From: Nemertoderma westbladi
Taxonomy: Eukaryota; Animalia; Xenacoelomorpha
Length of the DNA: 51,223 bases
Direction: 5' to 3'
Assembly (NCBI GenBank): GCA_032718475.1
Contig: JAUCBJ010001404.1
Span: 1 to 51,223 of the forward strand
The notes under the pieces are model-generated. The model ran no database searches, was not told the origin of the DNA, and was given only the letters and a program-made list of their open reading frames with translations. Both the position numbers and the translations under genes were made by a program. Shown here piece by piece: positions 22,681 through 35,570 of the stretch. Every line of letters starts with the position of its first letter. Position 1 is the stretch's first letter.

Positions 22681-25600
22681 TTTTACTGAATCCTTATCCA
22701 TGCAAATTATATTTCGACTTTCGACAGACTACTAAATGTTTTTTTAAGTTGAAAATGCTGCACCCGTGTAGGCCTAATCTAAAGAAATCTAAAACCTTTA
22801 GTACTACTGTATGTTAAAATATAAAACAGGCTTTCCCAACCCAAATATTTCAGTTGTCTAAGTCTCGAATTTTAAATTTTCCTATAGTATAACTACCCTG
22901 TGTATCCGACGAAATCTGCTTATTTGTAACCGACGGATCTTCGAATTTAATCTAAATTTATAAACAACCACCCAATTTAAAAGTATTATTTACTATCATT
23001 ATAATTGTTCTACCATGGCTAATAGTTATTGCAGGGTATGTCTAAGTTTGCTTACCTTACATTTATGTAGTAACTGCAATTAATTGCAAAAAGTGAATAA
23101 GAATTTCATCAATAGATTGGCCTTACTCGTAAACAGGGCAATTTTACAGTTAACACCGGTATAGCAGCCAGGTGTCAAAAGAGCGACGATAAGTTGACAT
23201 ACTATAATGTAATACAATTACTTACACAAAGTGTACTTTTTATATTAAAGACCCTTGTTTATCATTCAATCCAGCATAGGCTATATTTGCATTTTGGTTA
23301 AAAATTTTGAGACAGGGGGGGAAACTGGACGCCAATCCAATCTCGACCAATTAATATCCCGCCTCAATGTTAAATTCTAAATTTAAGGAAAGGAGCAGGT
23401 TACAGTAGCACGTTATTTTATCCAAAACAATAAACTAAGCACAATAGAACAGGTTGCAGTTTATTTTTGAGAGTAATCAGCTGTTATTCGCGTTGATTTT
23501 CCCCTGGAGTGTGATGACTTTTGTTTTCATCGAAAGTCCTACCTATCTGAAAATTTTATTATATTGTTTATTATAAAATATTACACAATTTAAGAACACA
23601 TATTGAAATATATCATATTGAAATGATAACTAAAGGTGACTTAATATTGATGCGGGGGGGGGGGGGGTATCTCCGCGTTTCATATTTTGTCGGCGCGGTT
23701 TCCGGCGCTTTTTGATGGATTCCATACAGAAGGCAGGGGGCGTCTACAGTATGTTTGGTTGGAAGCCTGAAGTGTACTCCCACACATTACAAGGCGTTTT
23801 AATTAGTTAGTGGTTCATTGGTGGGGAATCTTAGTAGTGAAATTAAGAAAACAATAGCAATTACAACGCATTTAAATTTCATTTTAATTATATATACACA
23901 ACAAAAATATTACAGGCAGTAAATACAAATACAGTACGACGTTTCAATTAAAGGGTCACACATCACACACTCTTCTATCAAACTCTGAAAAGAGTGTCAC
24001 CGACGGACATATTTCAATGACTAATATAGAGTATATCAGATTCGCCTTAAAATAACTAATTTGTTACCGTCAGATGATGTGAACACAACCAAAGGGCAAT
24101 AATGTCTTAAACAGATAAGGCCTCAGTACATAAAATAGTGGCAAAATTTCACTCACCTAAACAAGACATCTGAAATTAACATAATTTTTTGTTTCAAAAA
24201 CTAACTTACATTAACTGTAACGTTACATAATTTTTCATGCAATTTGGTATACAATTACAACATTTGAATGCATAACACGGAATTTATTTTATTGAAATTT
24301 AAAAAATGACAAGAAAGTGGTACCATTTTCAATTATCGTCCATTGAAGCTGCATTATACAGTACAATACTAATACTAGTATAGTAGTAGTAGTAATACAT
24401 GTATACTGTATTACAGTATTTACGGTACTACAGTAACAGTACCGGTACTTACTAAGTAGTACCGTAACGTAAGTAAGCCTAGCAAACAGAGACAACTACT
24501 GCACTACAGGACTACAGCGGCTGTTGCTGTGTTGGGAGGCCTACAGTACAGCAGTATGTCTGTAGTCTGTACAGTGCACAGTGTACCTACCTGCCTACTG
24601 ACCTACGTACATACAGCTCTAGGCACAAAACGTGAATTCACAAAACTAAACATGAATATCTGAAATCTGAATATATCAGCAGCATACTGGTGTACTGGCA
24701 TAGCTCACTTAGTTTCACATACACATGACCCATGACTGCGCATCTGTGCATGAGAATACCGTTACTGCGGAAGTGCATACTGCATAGACCAGTTGTAGAC
24801 GTAGAATTCGGTAGGTTTGGTTAGATCCGTTGCCTATTTCACATCACAGTTTCGGCATTTCCGCATTTGCACTAATTCATTCCCATTGGCAGATTGGTAT
24901 TACCGCCTACCGCTACCGGTAGCGATTCATTTAAAACACACAGACTCAGACACATGTATTCGGAGTATCGTATCAGTTCAGTACCGCTAGCTGTACCGGT
25001 ACCAACCGTACTGAGAGACTGTGATTGACGTAAGTCTGTAAGTAAGCCTACTGGCTGACAGGCAGACAGGAAACTAGTGAATCTTACTTTATTTTCGGTT
25101 GCATTTTTGCGTTTCATGAGAACACGAAAGACCAAATTGCTAAACTGCCACCAGCCAGCCAGCCACCGATCAGCCGATAGTTGCGCATGTTTACTGAGGA
25201 TGTTCTGAATGTTAAAGTGAGCGCTGCCGGTAGCGTTGCGAGCTTATGACCAGGGACCAGCAGTCACAACGAATATATCAGAGTTCCTATATCCAGACAT
25301 ATAGTCCTTTCACCACTCTGCCTCTGTCGCCGCGTAAAACTCCATGGGTTAGCTAGCGAACTTCCATGGATTGTAGATTAGGAAAATCGTCTTCTCGGGA
25401 AACTTATGGATAGGCCTATGGAAGTGTTAGAATTTACCAAATGCAAATACAATAATTTTAGCTACAAGTTAATGTTTAAGTATTAGGTACCGGTACCGGT
25501 AGTTATAATTAATTAAGTTGCAAAAGTTTGCTTTGGCAGTGTGGCGAAGATAGGACGTGAGCATTACTTTCTCAAGTGTGAAGTTTGATGCGTATGAACG

Positions 25601-26367
25601 GTAGTAATTTCATACAACCACAGCCGTACATAGTTCCCACTTCCCAGTACCTCAGAGCCAAGCACACTCTGTGTCTTTAATTGACACCTATACCACATAC
25701 CAGTACTAATAGTGTAATAATATATTTAATATATCCTAAAACTTGAATCATAGAACCGTTATCTGTCTAGTTATAATCCCAAATCAATGATGTGCCCCAT
25801 TTTATTTATTCCAATACCTCTTTGGTAAAATTATAATTCGAATATATAATAAGTTTTATTAATTCAGAAGTTCTGGCACTCATGTCCTGTCCATGTGCCT
25901 TATCTTAATCTGAATCGTATTATTACGAATTTGTCGAGATGTTGGTGTTCTAATTGCATGTTTTTCATCATCGCTCAGTTCTACGAATAGCCCAAATATT
26001 ACCTTTGGTCTTGGTGGTCACTTCCTTTCCTAATTCAAACTGCTACACTAAATGTATAGTCAAAACTCAAAATTGATGTTCCATCTGCCTCTTCCAGTAA
26101 TCTGCTTCTTTCCATATTTGGTGTGATTTGGTTTGTGAAATCTAGTTATTGATCATATGATGTGTTTTGGTTCCATCTAACTGTCACTATAACCTGCTCT
26201 TTTCCCTTACAATGTCATGCAACTTTAGAAGAAGGCTCTTATGTCAGCTATTTATTTAAATGGAATTACATAAAATTCATAACAGAGAGCTAAATTAAGA
26301 CACTATATATATTCCCGTACATGCTGTACATTTCTGCATTTGTCCGATTGTACATCATGATCATATT

Positions 26368-27192
26368 TAGGGGTCAACCGAATGTGAAATGTTGCCGGAT
26401 CCGAATCCGAAGCGAATGTTTCGAAAATTGCCGAATCCGAACCGCATGTTTAGGTTTGTAGTTTGGCAGTTTGTACCCCAAATTATCAAACATACCGAAA
26501 CAATAACAAAACCCTCTCACACCTCTTCTATAAAATAATCACAAGTTGTGTATCGTCACTGCATTAGCAGTCCTTTTCCTGATTACCGTTTTCATCAGTT
26601 TGTAAAGTTACGATAGAGTAATAGACATAAAGTCAGCAAAGTAGTTGACATTGTAGTGTTTTGGTAGTGCCCCATGTTCATATCCTCCTATTTTCATTGC
26701 ACTCACTCACTGACCACTGTCATCAATCAGATTTGCTAAGGCAAGTACTACTCATGTACTCAAGTGTACATATACTAGAATCAGGCCGATCAGCCATCAA
26801 CAGGCTGTAATGTTTAAGTTCTAATTTGCACTTTCTGAGTTTATTAAAAGGCAGAAAGGAGCAATTGGATGAGTATTGAGACAGTGCAGTGATTTACGTT
26901 ACAGTTATTACTTTACTGGTAGGTCTGTCTGTAGTAGGTACCGTAACTTATCTTATTGTTCTACCTTATTTTGCTAAGATTTAATGACCTTACCTTGCTG
27001 TCCTGGCACTAACAAAATATATAATTATTAATTTTAACTAAAAAACATTCATTTCTAGCCGTTGTGTTAGGAACATTTAGCATTGAAATACACTGAAAAA
27101 ACAACGAAAACATTCGGTAAAAATTCGGCACATTTTATGCCGGAGCCGAATGTACCATATTCGGCCGAATCCGAATATTCGGTCGAGCCCTA
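26368..27192. mobile_element. hAT-like non-autonomous element
   Basis: TIRs TAGGGGTCAACCGAAT / ATTCGGTCGAGCCCTA with subterminal CCGAAT repeats. The 8-bp TSD is imperfect (ATCATATT / ATCTTATT, offset by one base). Confidence 0.7.
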
Positions 27193-27308
27193 AATCTTAT
27201 TACAGAAGGTACTCCAGCACCCTGAATTGTATATACAATAGGCCTGGTATATAATCAAATAATCTTTATTATTGGAATTTATTGATACAGTTTATTATAG
27301 ATTTGAAA

Positions 27309-28799
27309 ATGAATCAATATGTTAATGTATTGGAAGATAAATCATCTGGTGCCGATATAATTATAAAGAAAGAATCAACCGACTCTATAATTATAAAGAA
27401 AGACCCAACAGACTCTATAATCATCAAGAAAGAACCAAGAGACTCAATAATTATCAAGAAAGAACCAACAGACTGTGTTCCCTATTCTCATGAACTTAAA
27501 CAAGATAACTGCGTTTACAGAGCATCTCCCATCGAAGATCACAACAATTTGTCCGTTGGAGTAGATGATGTCCCTGTACTAGATGACGAAGATATTTCTT
27601 ATGCACCATCTCGAGATTCCTTTGTTATCGAAAAACGGGAAAACGACAGTCCAGATTGTCATTATGGTAGGCCTATTGAAACTGAAGGTACAAACATTCA
27701 TGGTCAGCCTGCTTCTGGGTTGCAATTTAGCAGTTTAAAATCTGAAGGTTGTTTAGTTACTGAGCCATTAACAGAAACTCGAACTGCTAAAGAACAATTT
27801 AACGTTGCTGGTTCCTCTCGTGACAACGTTGATCTTTACAGATCTACTAAACCGACAATCAGTTGTGCAACAACAGAGACTGTTAGTTCAAATAAAACTG
27901 TTGGAGAGTTCCAATCACCTTCAGATACCAGTTACTGCTTCTATTGCAATGTATTATTTAATGACAAAGGACATTTAGAGAGACATATAGAATCCGTTCA
28001 TAAAGAAGTTAAGAAGAAGTATAAATGCGATTATTGTGAGAAACTGTTTACAAGTAAGAGTTATGTGAATATTCATATCGATTTTATCCATAAAGATGTC
28101 AAACATAAATGCGGTTATTGTAACAAAGAATTCAGTTACAAAAGCAACCTAAAGTGTCACATCGACTCTGCCCATGAAGGTATGAAGTACAAGTACAACT
28201 GCTTCGATTGTGGAAAATTATTTGATACCAAATCCGGTCTAAGACGACATATCGACTCTAACCATAAAGGCCTAAAGTATAATTGCGGTTATTGTGGTAA
28301 AGAATACAGTCAGCAAAGGTATCTAAAGGCCCATGTCAACTACATTCATAAAGATATCAAGTACAGCTGCTTTGATTGTGGGAAATCATTTGGTAGAAAA
28401 GGCGAACTAAAACTACATGTCGACTCTATTCATAAAGATATCAAGTACAGCTGCTCCGATTGTGGAAAATCGTTTGGTACAAAAAATGATCTAAAAAAAC
28501 ATATCGACTCCATTCACAAAGGTATCAAGTACAGCTGTTTCGATTGTGGGAAATCATTTGTTGCAAAGGCCGCCCTAAAACGACATGTCGACTCTATTCA
28601 TAAAGATATCAAGTACAGCTGCTTTGATTGTGGGAAATCATTTGGTAGAAAGGGCGAACTAAAACTACATGTCGACTCTATTCATAAAGATATCAAGTAC
28701 AGCTGCTCCGATTGTGGAAAATCCTTTGTTACAAACCCCAATCTAAAACGACATGTTGTCTCTAAACATAAAGGCTCAAACCAAATTTCACCCACATAG
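27309..28799 (+). CDS. C2H2 zinc-finger protein, paralog 3 (10 fingers)
   Basis: ATG (MNQ) follows the same putative acceptor. It has 10 fingers and four IKK(D/E) repeats, with AATAAA near 28941. Confidence 0.9.
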   Translation: MNQYVNVLEDKSSGADIIIKKESTDSIIIKKDPTDSIIIKKEPRDSIIIKKEPTDCVPYSHELKQDNCVYRASPIEDHNNLSVGVDDVPVLDDEDISYAPSRDSFVIEKRENDSPDCHYGRPIETEGTNIHGQPASGLQFSSLKSEGCLVTEPLTETRTAKEQFNVAGSSRDNVDLYRSTKPTISCATTETVSSNKTVGEFQSPSDTSYCFYCNVLFNDKGHLERHIESVHKEVKKKYKCDYCEKLFTSKSYVNIHIDFIHKDVKHKCGYCNKEFSYKSNLKCHIDSAHEGMKYKYNCFDCGKLFDTKSGLRRHIDSNHKGLKYNCGYCGKEYSQQRYLKAHVNYIHKDIKYSCFDCGKSFGRKGELKLHVDSIHKDIKYSCSDCGKSFGTKNDLKKHIDSIHKGIKYSCFDCGKSFVAKAALKRHVDSIHKDIKYSCFDCGKSFGRKGELKLHVDSIHKDIKYSCSDCGKSFVTNPNLKRHVVSKHKGSNQISPT

Positions 28800-29907
28800 A
28801 TTCTATAAACCCACACCACCAAACCCACATATATCTTTATGTTACCGGGAACGAAATTGTTGTATTTGTTTGTACTGAACTATATTTGTATCTGATCATT
28901 ATTGGGTATACATTTAGTGTGAAAAAATATAAACTGAATGAATAAATAAAATTGAATAAATATATTGAATTAAATTAAATTGAATTTCGCGCTAAACAAT
29001 CTCCTATTGGTTAATATTTATTATGTCAATAATCAATAACCAATTGGTTATAATCGATAATTAAGACATGTTCTAAGGTCTATGACAGTCAGACAGACAA
29101 ACAGGCAGTCCAGATGTCATCAAACATTAAAACAGATATCAGAAATGAAATCAACGACTACGAAAACCCCTAAATCGTAAATTTTGGTTCGTTGGAGTTG
29201 TTAATAGTAACACTAAGGTACAGTACTAAGAAAAGGTGCTTAATAATAAATGCTGTGCCTTCTATATTCGACGTTATGTCATTTACTTCGAAATTCACAG
29301 TGAGTTTTGGATGATTTTTAAGTAATGACAATGTTGTCAGATAACCCTGCCTCAACCCTTCCAATTTTTTTTATACTAGCTAGTTTTTAAAAAGTTAAAA
29401 AATAGGAAAATTGAAGAACTATTTCTGTTCCAGAATATGTTTGCAAAGTATGCAATTAGCTACAGTATATACCTAGTAAAAATCCCCTTCCAATCTACAA
29501 TTCCACTAGATAAAGTTTCCTTGATTTTTATATATTATATTCTAGAACATAGTTATCTACATTCATCGAATATAATATTTTTTATGGTAGTTACTATTTT
29601 TAAAATACTAGCTATTAAAAAATAATATTACTAACAAATAATAAATATCAATATTATATTTTATGAATAAAGTGTCGGTAGCTATCATTAAAAACCTAGA
29701 TACATCAATTTCAATAAGTAAATAATTATTTGTATTGATCACCCTGGAGATGGGTGAAATTGATTGCGTCGTTTATATTTAATATTCAGAATTTATATTT
29801 CATCTTATTATGATTTCACTTCAATAAATAAATATTTTTCAAAATTCATGTGATGTGTTGATTTGAATGGACGATTTAAAACGGATGAAATTTTCTCAGA
29901 TAGATGG

Positions 29908-30395
29908 TCGTTTATTGTTTTGGTTAGAAAATCCCGCCTCTGTAACCTGCTCCTTTCCCTCAATTAGTTAAGTGATCGTTTATTGTTTTGGTTAGAAAAT
30001 CCCGCATCTGTAACCTGCTCCTTTCCCTCAATTAGTTAAGTGATCGTTTATTGTTTTGGTTAGAAAATCCCGCCTCTGTAGCCTTCTCCTTTTTCTCAAT
30101 TAGAAATGTTATCGTTTATTGTTTTGGTTAGAAAAGACCATCTATGTAACCTGCTCCTTTCCTTCATTTGGAAAAGTGATTGTTTATTGTTTTGGTTAGA
30201 AAATCCCGTCTCTGTAACCTGCTCCTTTCCCTGATTTGGTAAAGTGACCGTTTATTGTTTTGGTTAGAAAGGCTAGCCTCTGTAACCTGCTCCTTTCCTT
30301 CATTTGGTAAAGTGACTTAGATTAATTATCAAATCCGATGACTAGAAAATCCGGTCTTAACCTGCTCCTTTCCATCAATTGGTAATTGTTTTTGG
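29908..30395 (+). repeat. 68-bp satellite array 2 (~7 units)
   Basis: Units start at 29910, 29978, 30046, 30114, 30182 and 30250, followed by a partial unit. Confidence 0.9.
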
Positions 30396-30757
30396 CTATA
30401 AAGTGAGTGTTTTGCTACGTCATTTGTTGTCTTTTACCTCAGGCGCATATGGAAATCTATCTCATAGTCTATAAATCATGGAATTTTGAATGTTTTGGCA
30501 CAGGCATAGTGAAACCAACTGTCCGACAGACCAGAAATCAACAAATTTTGAATGTTTTGGCAAAGGCATGTTGAAATCAACTGTCTGACAGTCCAGAAAT
30601 CAGCAGTCTGACAGTTTGAAGAAATGCATACCTGAATACATAAAAAGTAATTAAAGGACAACAAAAGTCATTAAAGGGACAACAAAAGTCATTATGCACA
30701 ATTCGTAAAAAAAGGAGGACAAAAAAGTCAAATAAAAGGACATATAAAATCACTGCC
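30045..30757 (+). repeat. Near-identical duplicate of 18132-18890
   Basis: Same order of satellite variants and the same downstream sequence up to AATCACTGCC, apart from one ~40-bp indel. Confidence 0.85.
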
Positions 30758-31450
30758 TTTAGAAAGTAACATTAAAAAATTATACATATTTAATCTTATT
30801 GTAAACGAATAATGTTAATTGTTTTTGTATTCCCAATGTTTTGAACGGACTGACAACTACGTCAACTAACTAGGACTTCATGTTTGCGTAATATTAAGGG
30901 GCAATTAACAAATATGACAAAGATACATATATAAGGCTCTTACAATTCCATATCACAATTACTGTTGTCAGCTACTAATATCACTGATGATCACTGATCA
31001 CTAATGATAAATATGGTTATAAAGAAGCACTATACAAGTTCGAAAAAGGTCAAAACTATGCATTACGGACAATATTTGGCAAAAAAATAAAAGATACGAC
31101 TGGTACTGAACTCAGGGAAAGAGCAAGAATTCCATTGCTGGCTGCTTTACGGGAATACTTTGGTCTTATATATTTCTTCAAATACATATATACTGTAAAT
31201 TATCGCGACCATTCAAAACACTGCACTTACCTTTTCAATCTAATAAAAATCTAATTATAAACTCAAGAACAAATAATATCAAGATTCCCAAAACTAAAAA
31301 CAGATATGGACATGAAAGTTTAGTAGTAAATCTAATAAAAATCTGGAACAAATTGCCCAAAGATGCAAGGATCTGCACATCAATAAACGCATTTAAAAAT
31401 AAAATAAAATTACTATATCTATATCAATATAAAAGAGATGATACATAAAT
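30758..31450 (+). pseudogene. Decayed L2/Crack-type LINE 3' end
   Basis: Reads FEKGQNYALRTIFG and IPKTKNRYGHESLVVNLIKIWNKLPKDARICTSINAFKNKIK, a typical LINE ORF2 C-terminus. Confidence 0.7.
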
Positions 31451-31531
31451 ATTCCGCGTCACTCCCTACCTTGTGCTTTGTTGTTTTATTAATTGTATTA
31501 GTGTAAATTGTAGTGTAATATTAGTTAAATA

Positions 31532-33955
31532 CAGTCCCGCTCTCAAAAAGCATGCCTTTGATCAAACATTGATCAAACTTTGATCAAACATTGATCAAAG
31601 TTTGATCAAAATGTGTCCATAGAATATCATTGAAAGTAGCATTGACATTGAAATGACATTGATGGCATATTGAAATGACCTTGAAATCGATGGACCGAAA
31701 TTCCAGACTTTCTGTCTCATATTGAAATGACATTGAAATGATTTCAAGGTAACAGTTTACATCGCTCTTCTGCGGCATACCTTTGAACTCAGATTCCCGC
31801 CGAGAACTGGCTTTTGTTAATGGCCAAGCCGCGATGTGATTGACAGGGCGGTGGATGGAGCTTGCTTGACTTTGTGGATGGGCAGCGATTGGATTTACAA
31901 GGCGGTGTTGTGGTAGTGTCCCAGACTGAGTTTTGTTCTTGTAGGGCAGGGCCTATTATTACACCAACAACTAGTTCAGAAAAACAGCCTTTGGATTATT
32001 TTTAATTTATTGTTATATTAGAAATTGTTTCAATGTTCCTTAAATCAGAATCAAGGCCAAATACCTCCATTGACGTAGCAGCGCGATGGCTGCCGTTGCA
32101 TTGCATTTGCTTATACACTAATTGTGTAAATTCGACAAGCTTCCTTCCTGCCCCTGTCCCTAATTATACTAATAAATGTAAAGAAATAAATATGAAATAA
32201 TTTTATAAAGTAATAAATAAATCCAAGCGCCAGCGCCAGCGTACCCCCTAAAATACCTTCTAAAAATTTACGTAATTTAATTTTAATACTCTGATAAGGT
32301 AATTTTATTGAAAACCTAATTTGTTTCAAAGTAAACTATGTTATGTACATCATTAGTTACGTATTTTTTAATTCAGTTTAACGTATTGTAATTATAATTG
32401 TTTTAATATTAAAAATCAAATTGGGTTAGTAATACTTATTCAATTATGCTCATTCATTTTTAATTAATGGAGGTTTTTAACCATCCGGCCGACAAACCAC
32501 ACTTTTGCTCACTTTTGCTGTAAGACAAGGCATCAATATAACCCCAGTGATCCCATACCCTCTCTTGTTGTGGACTATTACTACAGTATATCATTGTACA
32601 AGCTGCGGACCTGCACCCCCCCCCCCCCCCTATTATAATGTGTTGTAGCCATCCACCCAACCCATTGCGTAACTCAGAATTAAACTCCATACAGCACAGC
32701 CCATACCTGCCATTGCTTTCATTACGCCACATCGCCAAGTGGAGATTCAATTGTGAATTATTATAATCATTATTAGAATGACAACAGTACCAGACTGAGT
32801 CTTGTAATAGGCCCCACTAACAACTCCGGTCTACGTTCTGAAATAAAGCCTCTGGAATATTATTAAATTATTTTCTTTAGACATTATTCACTATAAAGCC
32901 AGTCTGTCAATTTAATCGTCCAGTATCAATTCCCGCGGGCTAATACAATTTATTTTCGGGCTAAGGATGCCCTGCCCACTGGCTAAGAAAGCTTGCGGGT
33001 AAACGATTCCCATTTTGCGGGCTAAGAATTCCCGCGGGCTAAGTCATCACCCAACCGAAACATACAGTTGACTGTAACTGCTTTACTCGCATCTCTGTAA
33101 CAACAACCCAAATGCTGTGATTCACAGTATGCGATTTCACCGTGCTGTCACCGCAAGTGTATCTGAGAACAAGCCCATTACTGGTACAGCTACAATTTGT
33201 TTCAAAAAAAATTAATGTAATACATCGAAAGGAGCAGGTTAAATGGGTTGTGTTTTCTAACCAAAACAACAAACCAAAGAAGATTTCATCGATTTGCGCT
33301 GGAGAACTTTTTTATTTGCGACCAACTGGCGCCACTATTTGCGAGATAAGGTAGAAATTTTAATTAATATCGAGACAAATACAACGTCTGTTTAATTGTT
33401 TTTGGGCAAACAGAAAAGACCTCCATGTTGAAATTTTAACCTCCCATGTATTCCCCCCCCCCCCCCATTATAATGTATTGTAGCCATCCACCCAACCAAC
33501 ACATTGCTTAACTCAGAATTAAACTCCACACAGCCCTTACCCGCCCTTGCTTTCATTACCACCACACCGCCAAGTGGAGATTCAATTGCGGCTGTTATTT
33601 TCTGATAATCGCTGTAAATTATTATAACCTAGGCGGTGCGGATTAAATAACGGCTATAGCCTACAAACCTATGGTATGATATGGACGTGGTGTCCTGTGT
33701 GCTCTGCAGACATCCTACAGAGCACATGGAGCTTTACACACACAGGGAGAGCGGGAGAGAGAGAGAGAGAGAGGGCCGCTTGATTGACACACGGCTCAGT
33801 GGGAATCTAGACTTTGAAGTGCAGCGCCTTTGGTAGAACTCAATGGCAGGATTTATAAGCCTGGTTCATTTCAATATTTGATCAAGCTTTGATCAATGTT
33901 TGATCAAAGTTTGATCAATGTTTGATCAAAGGAATGCTTTTTGAGAGCGGGACTG
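31532..33955. mobile_element. Non-autonomous DNA transposon with TA flanks and TTGATCAA-repeat TIRs
   Basis: ~80-bp TIR CAGTCCCGCTCTCAAAAAGCAT.CCTTTGATCAAACATTGATCAAA.. with TA on both sides. It has an internal ~135-bp direct duplication (32615-32753 / 33453-33588). Confidence 0.85.
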
Positions 33956-34390
33956 TACTACCGTGTTAGAACGCATACTAACTAACCATTTTGGAATCTG
34001 CATATACTGTAGTTTATTTAGGCTTGATAGTAGTCTGCCAGCGTTTTAGCCTGTGTTTGTTTGTGTGGTCTGTTCAGGTACCGTAATAGTTATTACTCAG
34101 ATATTTTGTAGGCTGGATTGTTGTCTAGCTGTTATTAGGTCTGAAGAGATTGCTGCGTGTGTAGAGTCTGTCCGATAAAGTGCCAGTTAGTAAGTTGGGG
34201 CATCTTGAGTTGTAAGGTCAATCCCCACCTAAAGAATAAGTCGTACTACCGTGTTAGAACGCATACTAACTAACCATTTTGGAATCTGCACATACTGTAG
34301 TTTATTTAGGCTTGATGGTAGTCTGCCAGCGTTTGGTTTGTATTTTGTTTGAGTATTCTGTACGGGTAGCGTAATATTTATTATTCAGAG
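33956..34390 (+). repeat. 288-bp-period tandem duplication in the leader of Bel/Pao element 2
   Basis: TACTACCGTGTTAGAACGCATACTAAC.. occurs at 33956 and 34244. Confidence 0.85.
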
Positions 34391-35314
34391 TTTATGCGAT
34401 TATTCGCAACATTCATGTCCCCAAGTTTATTCCTACAGTAATTGTGCTTGTTATATATACCGTTATAGTTAAATTAACCCCGGTACTACACGGGCTGCTT
34501 GGCATAGGTAAAGACTGGTGATCTTGTGCACCGGTCACTCCAGCAGATGCCGTGGTTCTTTTAGCTGTTCAAGTATTTTTAACTACTGATTATTTGTTGT
34601 ACCAGTACTTGTACCTAATTTAGGGTTTAGTGTACAGTGCTTTCCGAAGGTAATTAGTGTGTAGGCAGTATATTTGTGTTGTAAAGTGGTTAATAGGCAC
34701 GTTGGTTCTGGTAGACCGCGGTAATTAACTTCTAGGTAGGGACACTCCGTGATACATAACATAGTACCTATAGCGATACGGCTATAGGTCGTCAGACGGT
34801 GGTATTTTCCTATCTGGACAACACAGTGTATTTACTACTACTTATTATTTTCAAATACCGTAGTATCCTGTCCGTTGTAATAACCAGAAAATCTAACACT
34901 CTGTTAGACTGGTTTGTAGTTCCCTGTAAAATTACCCTAAAATTTCGTACGTAATATTTTTGTTGTGTTTAATTAGAGATTTAATCTCACCCGTATCGTA
35001 AGTAATTCGTAGATAAGTAACTTAGGAAGTAGAATTATTTGTTTTAGTGTCCAATAAGTAGCACTTCACTGAGAGCACACAGCTTTTGTGTAGTGATTAA
35101 TTCCCAGAAATAATAACATCTATTTCAATATTGTAACAAAACCCCTCATACGGGTACATATAAATCCACTAAATCTATTAATAAAATAGTAGGCCTGTTA
35201 TACAACACTTAGGTCTTAATATCAGTTGGACTGCTGCTCAAATAACGGTAATAAAGTAAGTAAAGTAACCAAGTAACCCCTAACATTCAGAAATTCAATT
35301 ATTTTAAAATAATT

Positions 35315-35570
35315 GACATACCGGTATTCACAATAGGCTTATTATATTTATTCTATAAATTTAGGCTGAAATCATACCGGTATTCTGTAATTAATTCTAG
35401 CCTGTAATAATTATACTTATATACTATAAGTGTCAGCTGTATACCGGTATTCACGATAGGCCTATTATATATTTATATATATTTGTGCTAAAATTATATA
35501 CCGGTACTCTGTGACAAATCTAGTCTGTAATAATACTTATATATATACTATAAGCATACCGGTATTCTAA
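35315..35570 (+). repeat. Degenerate ~60/120-bp repeats upstream of gag
   Basis: Five copies of ATACCGGTA(T/C)TC. Confidence 0.65.
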
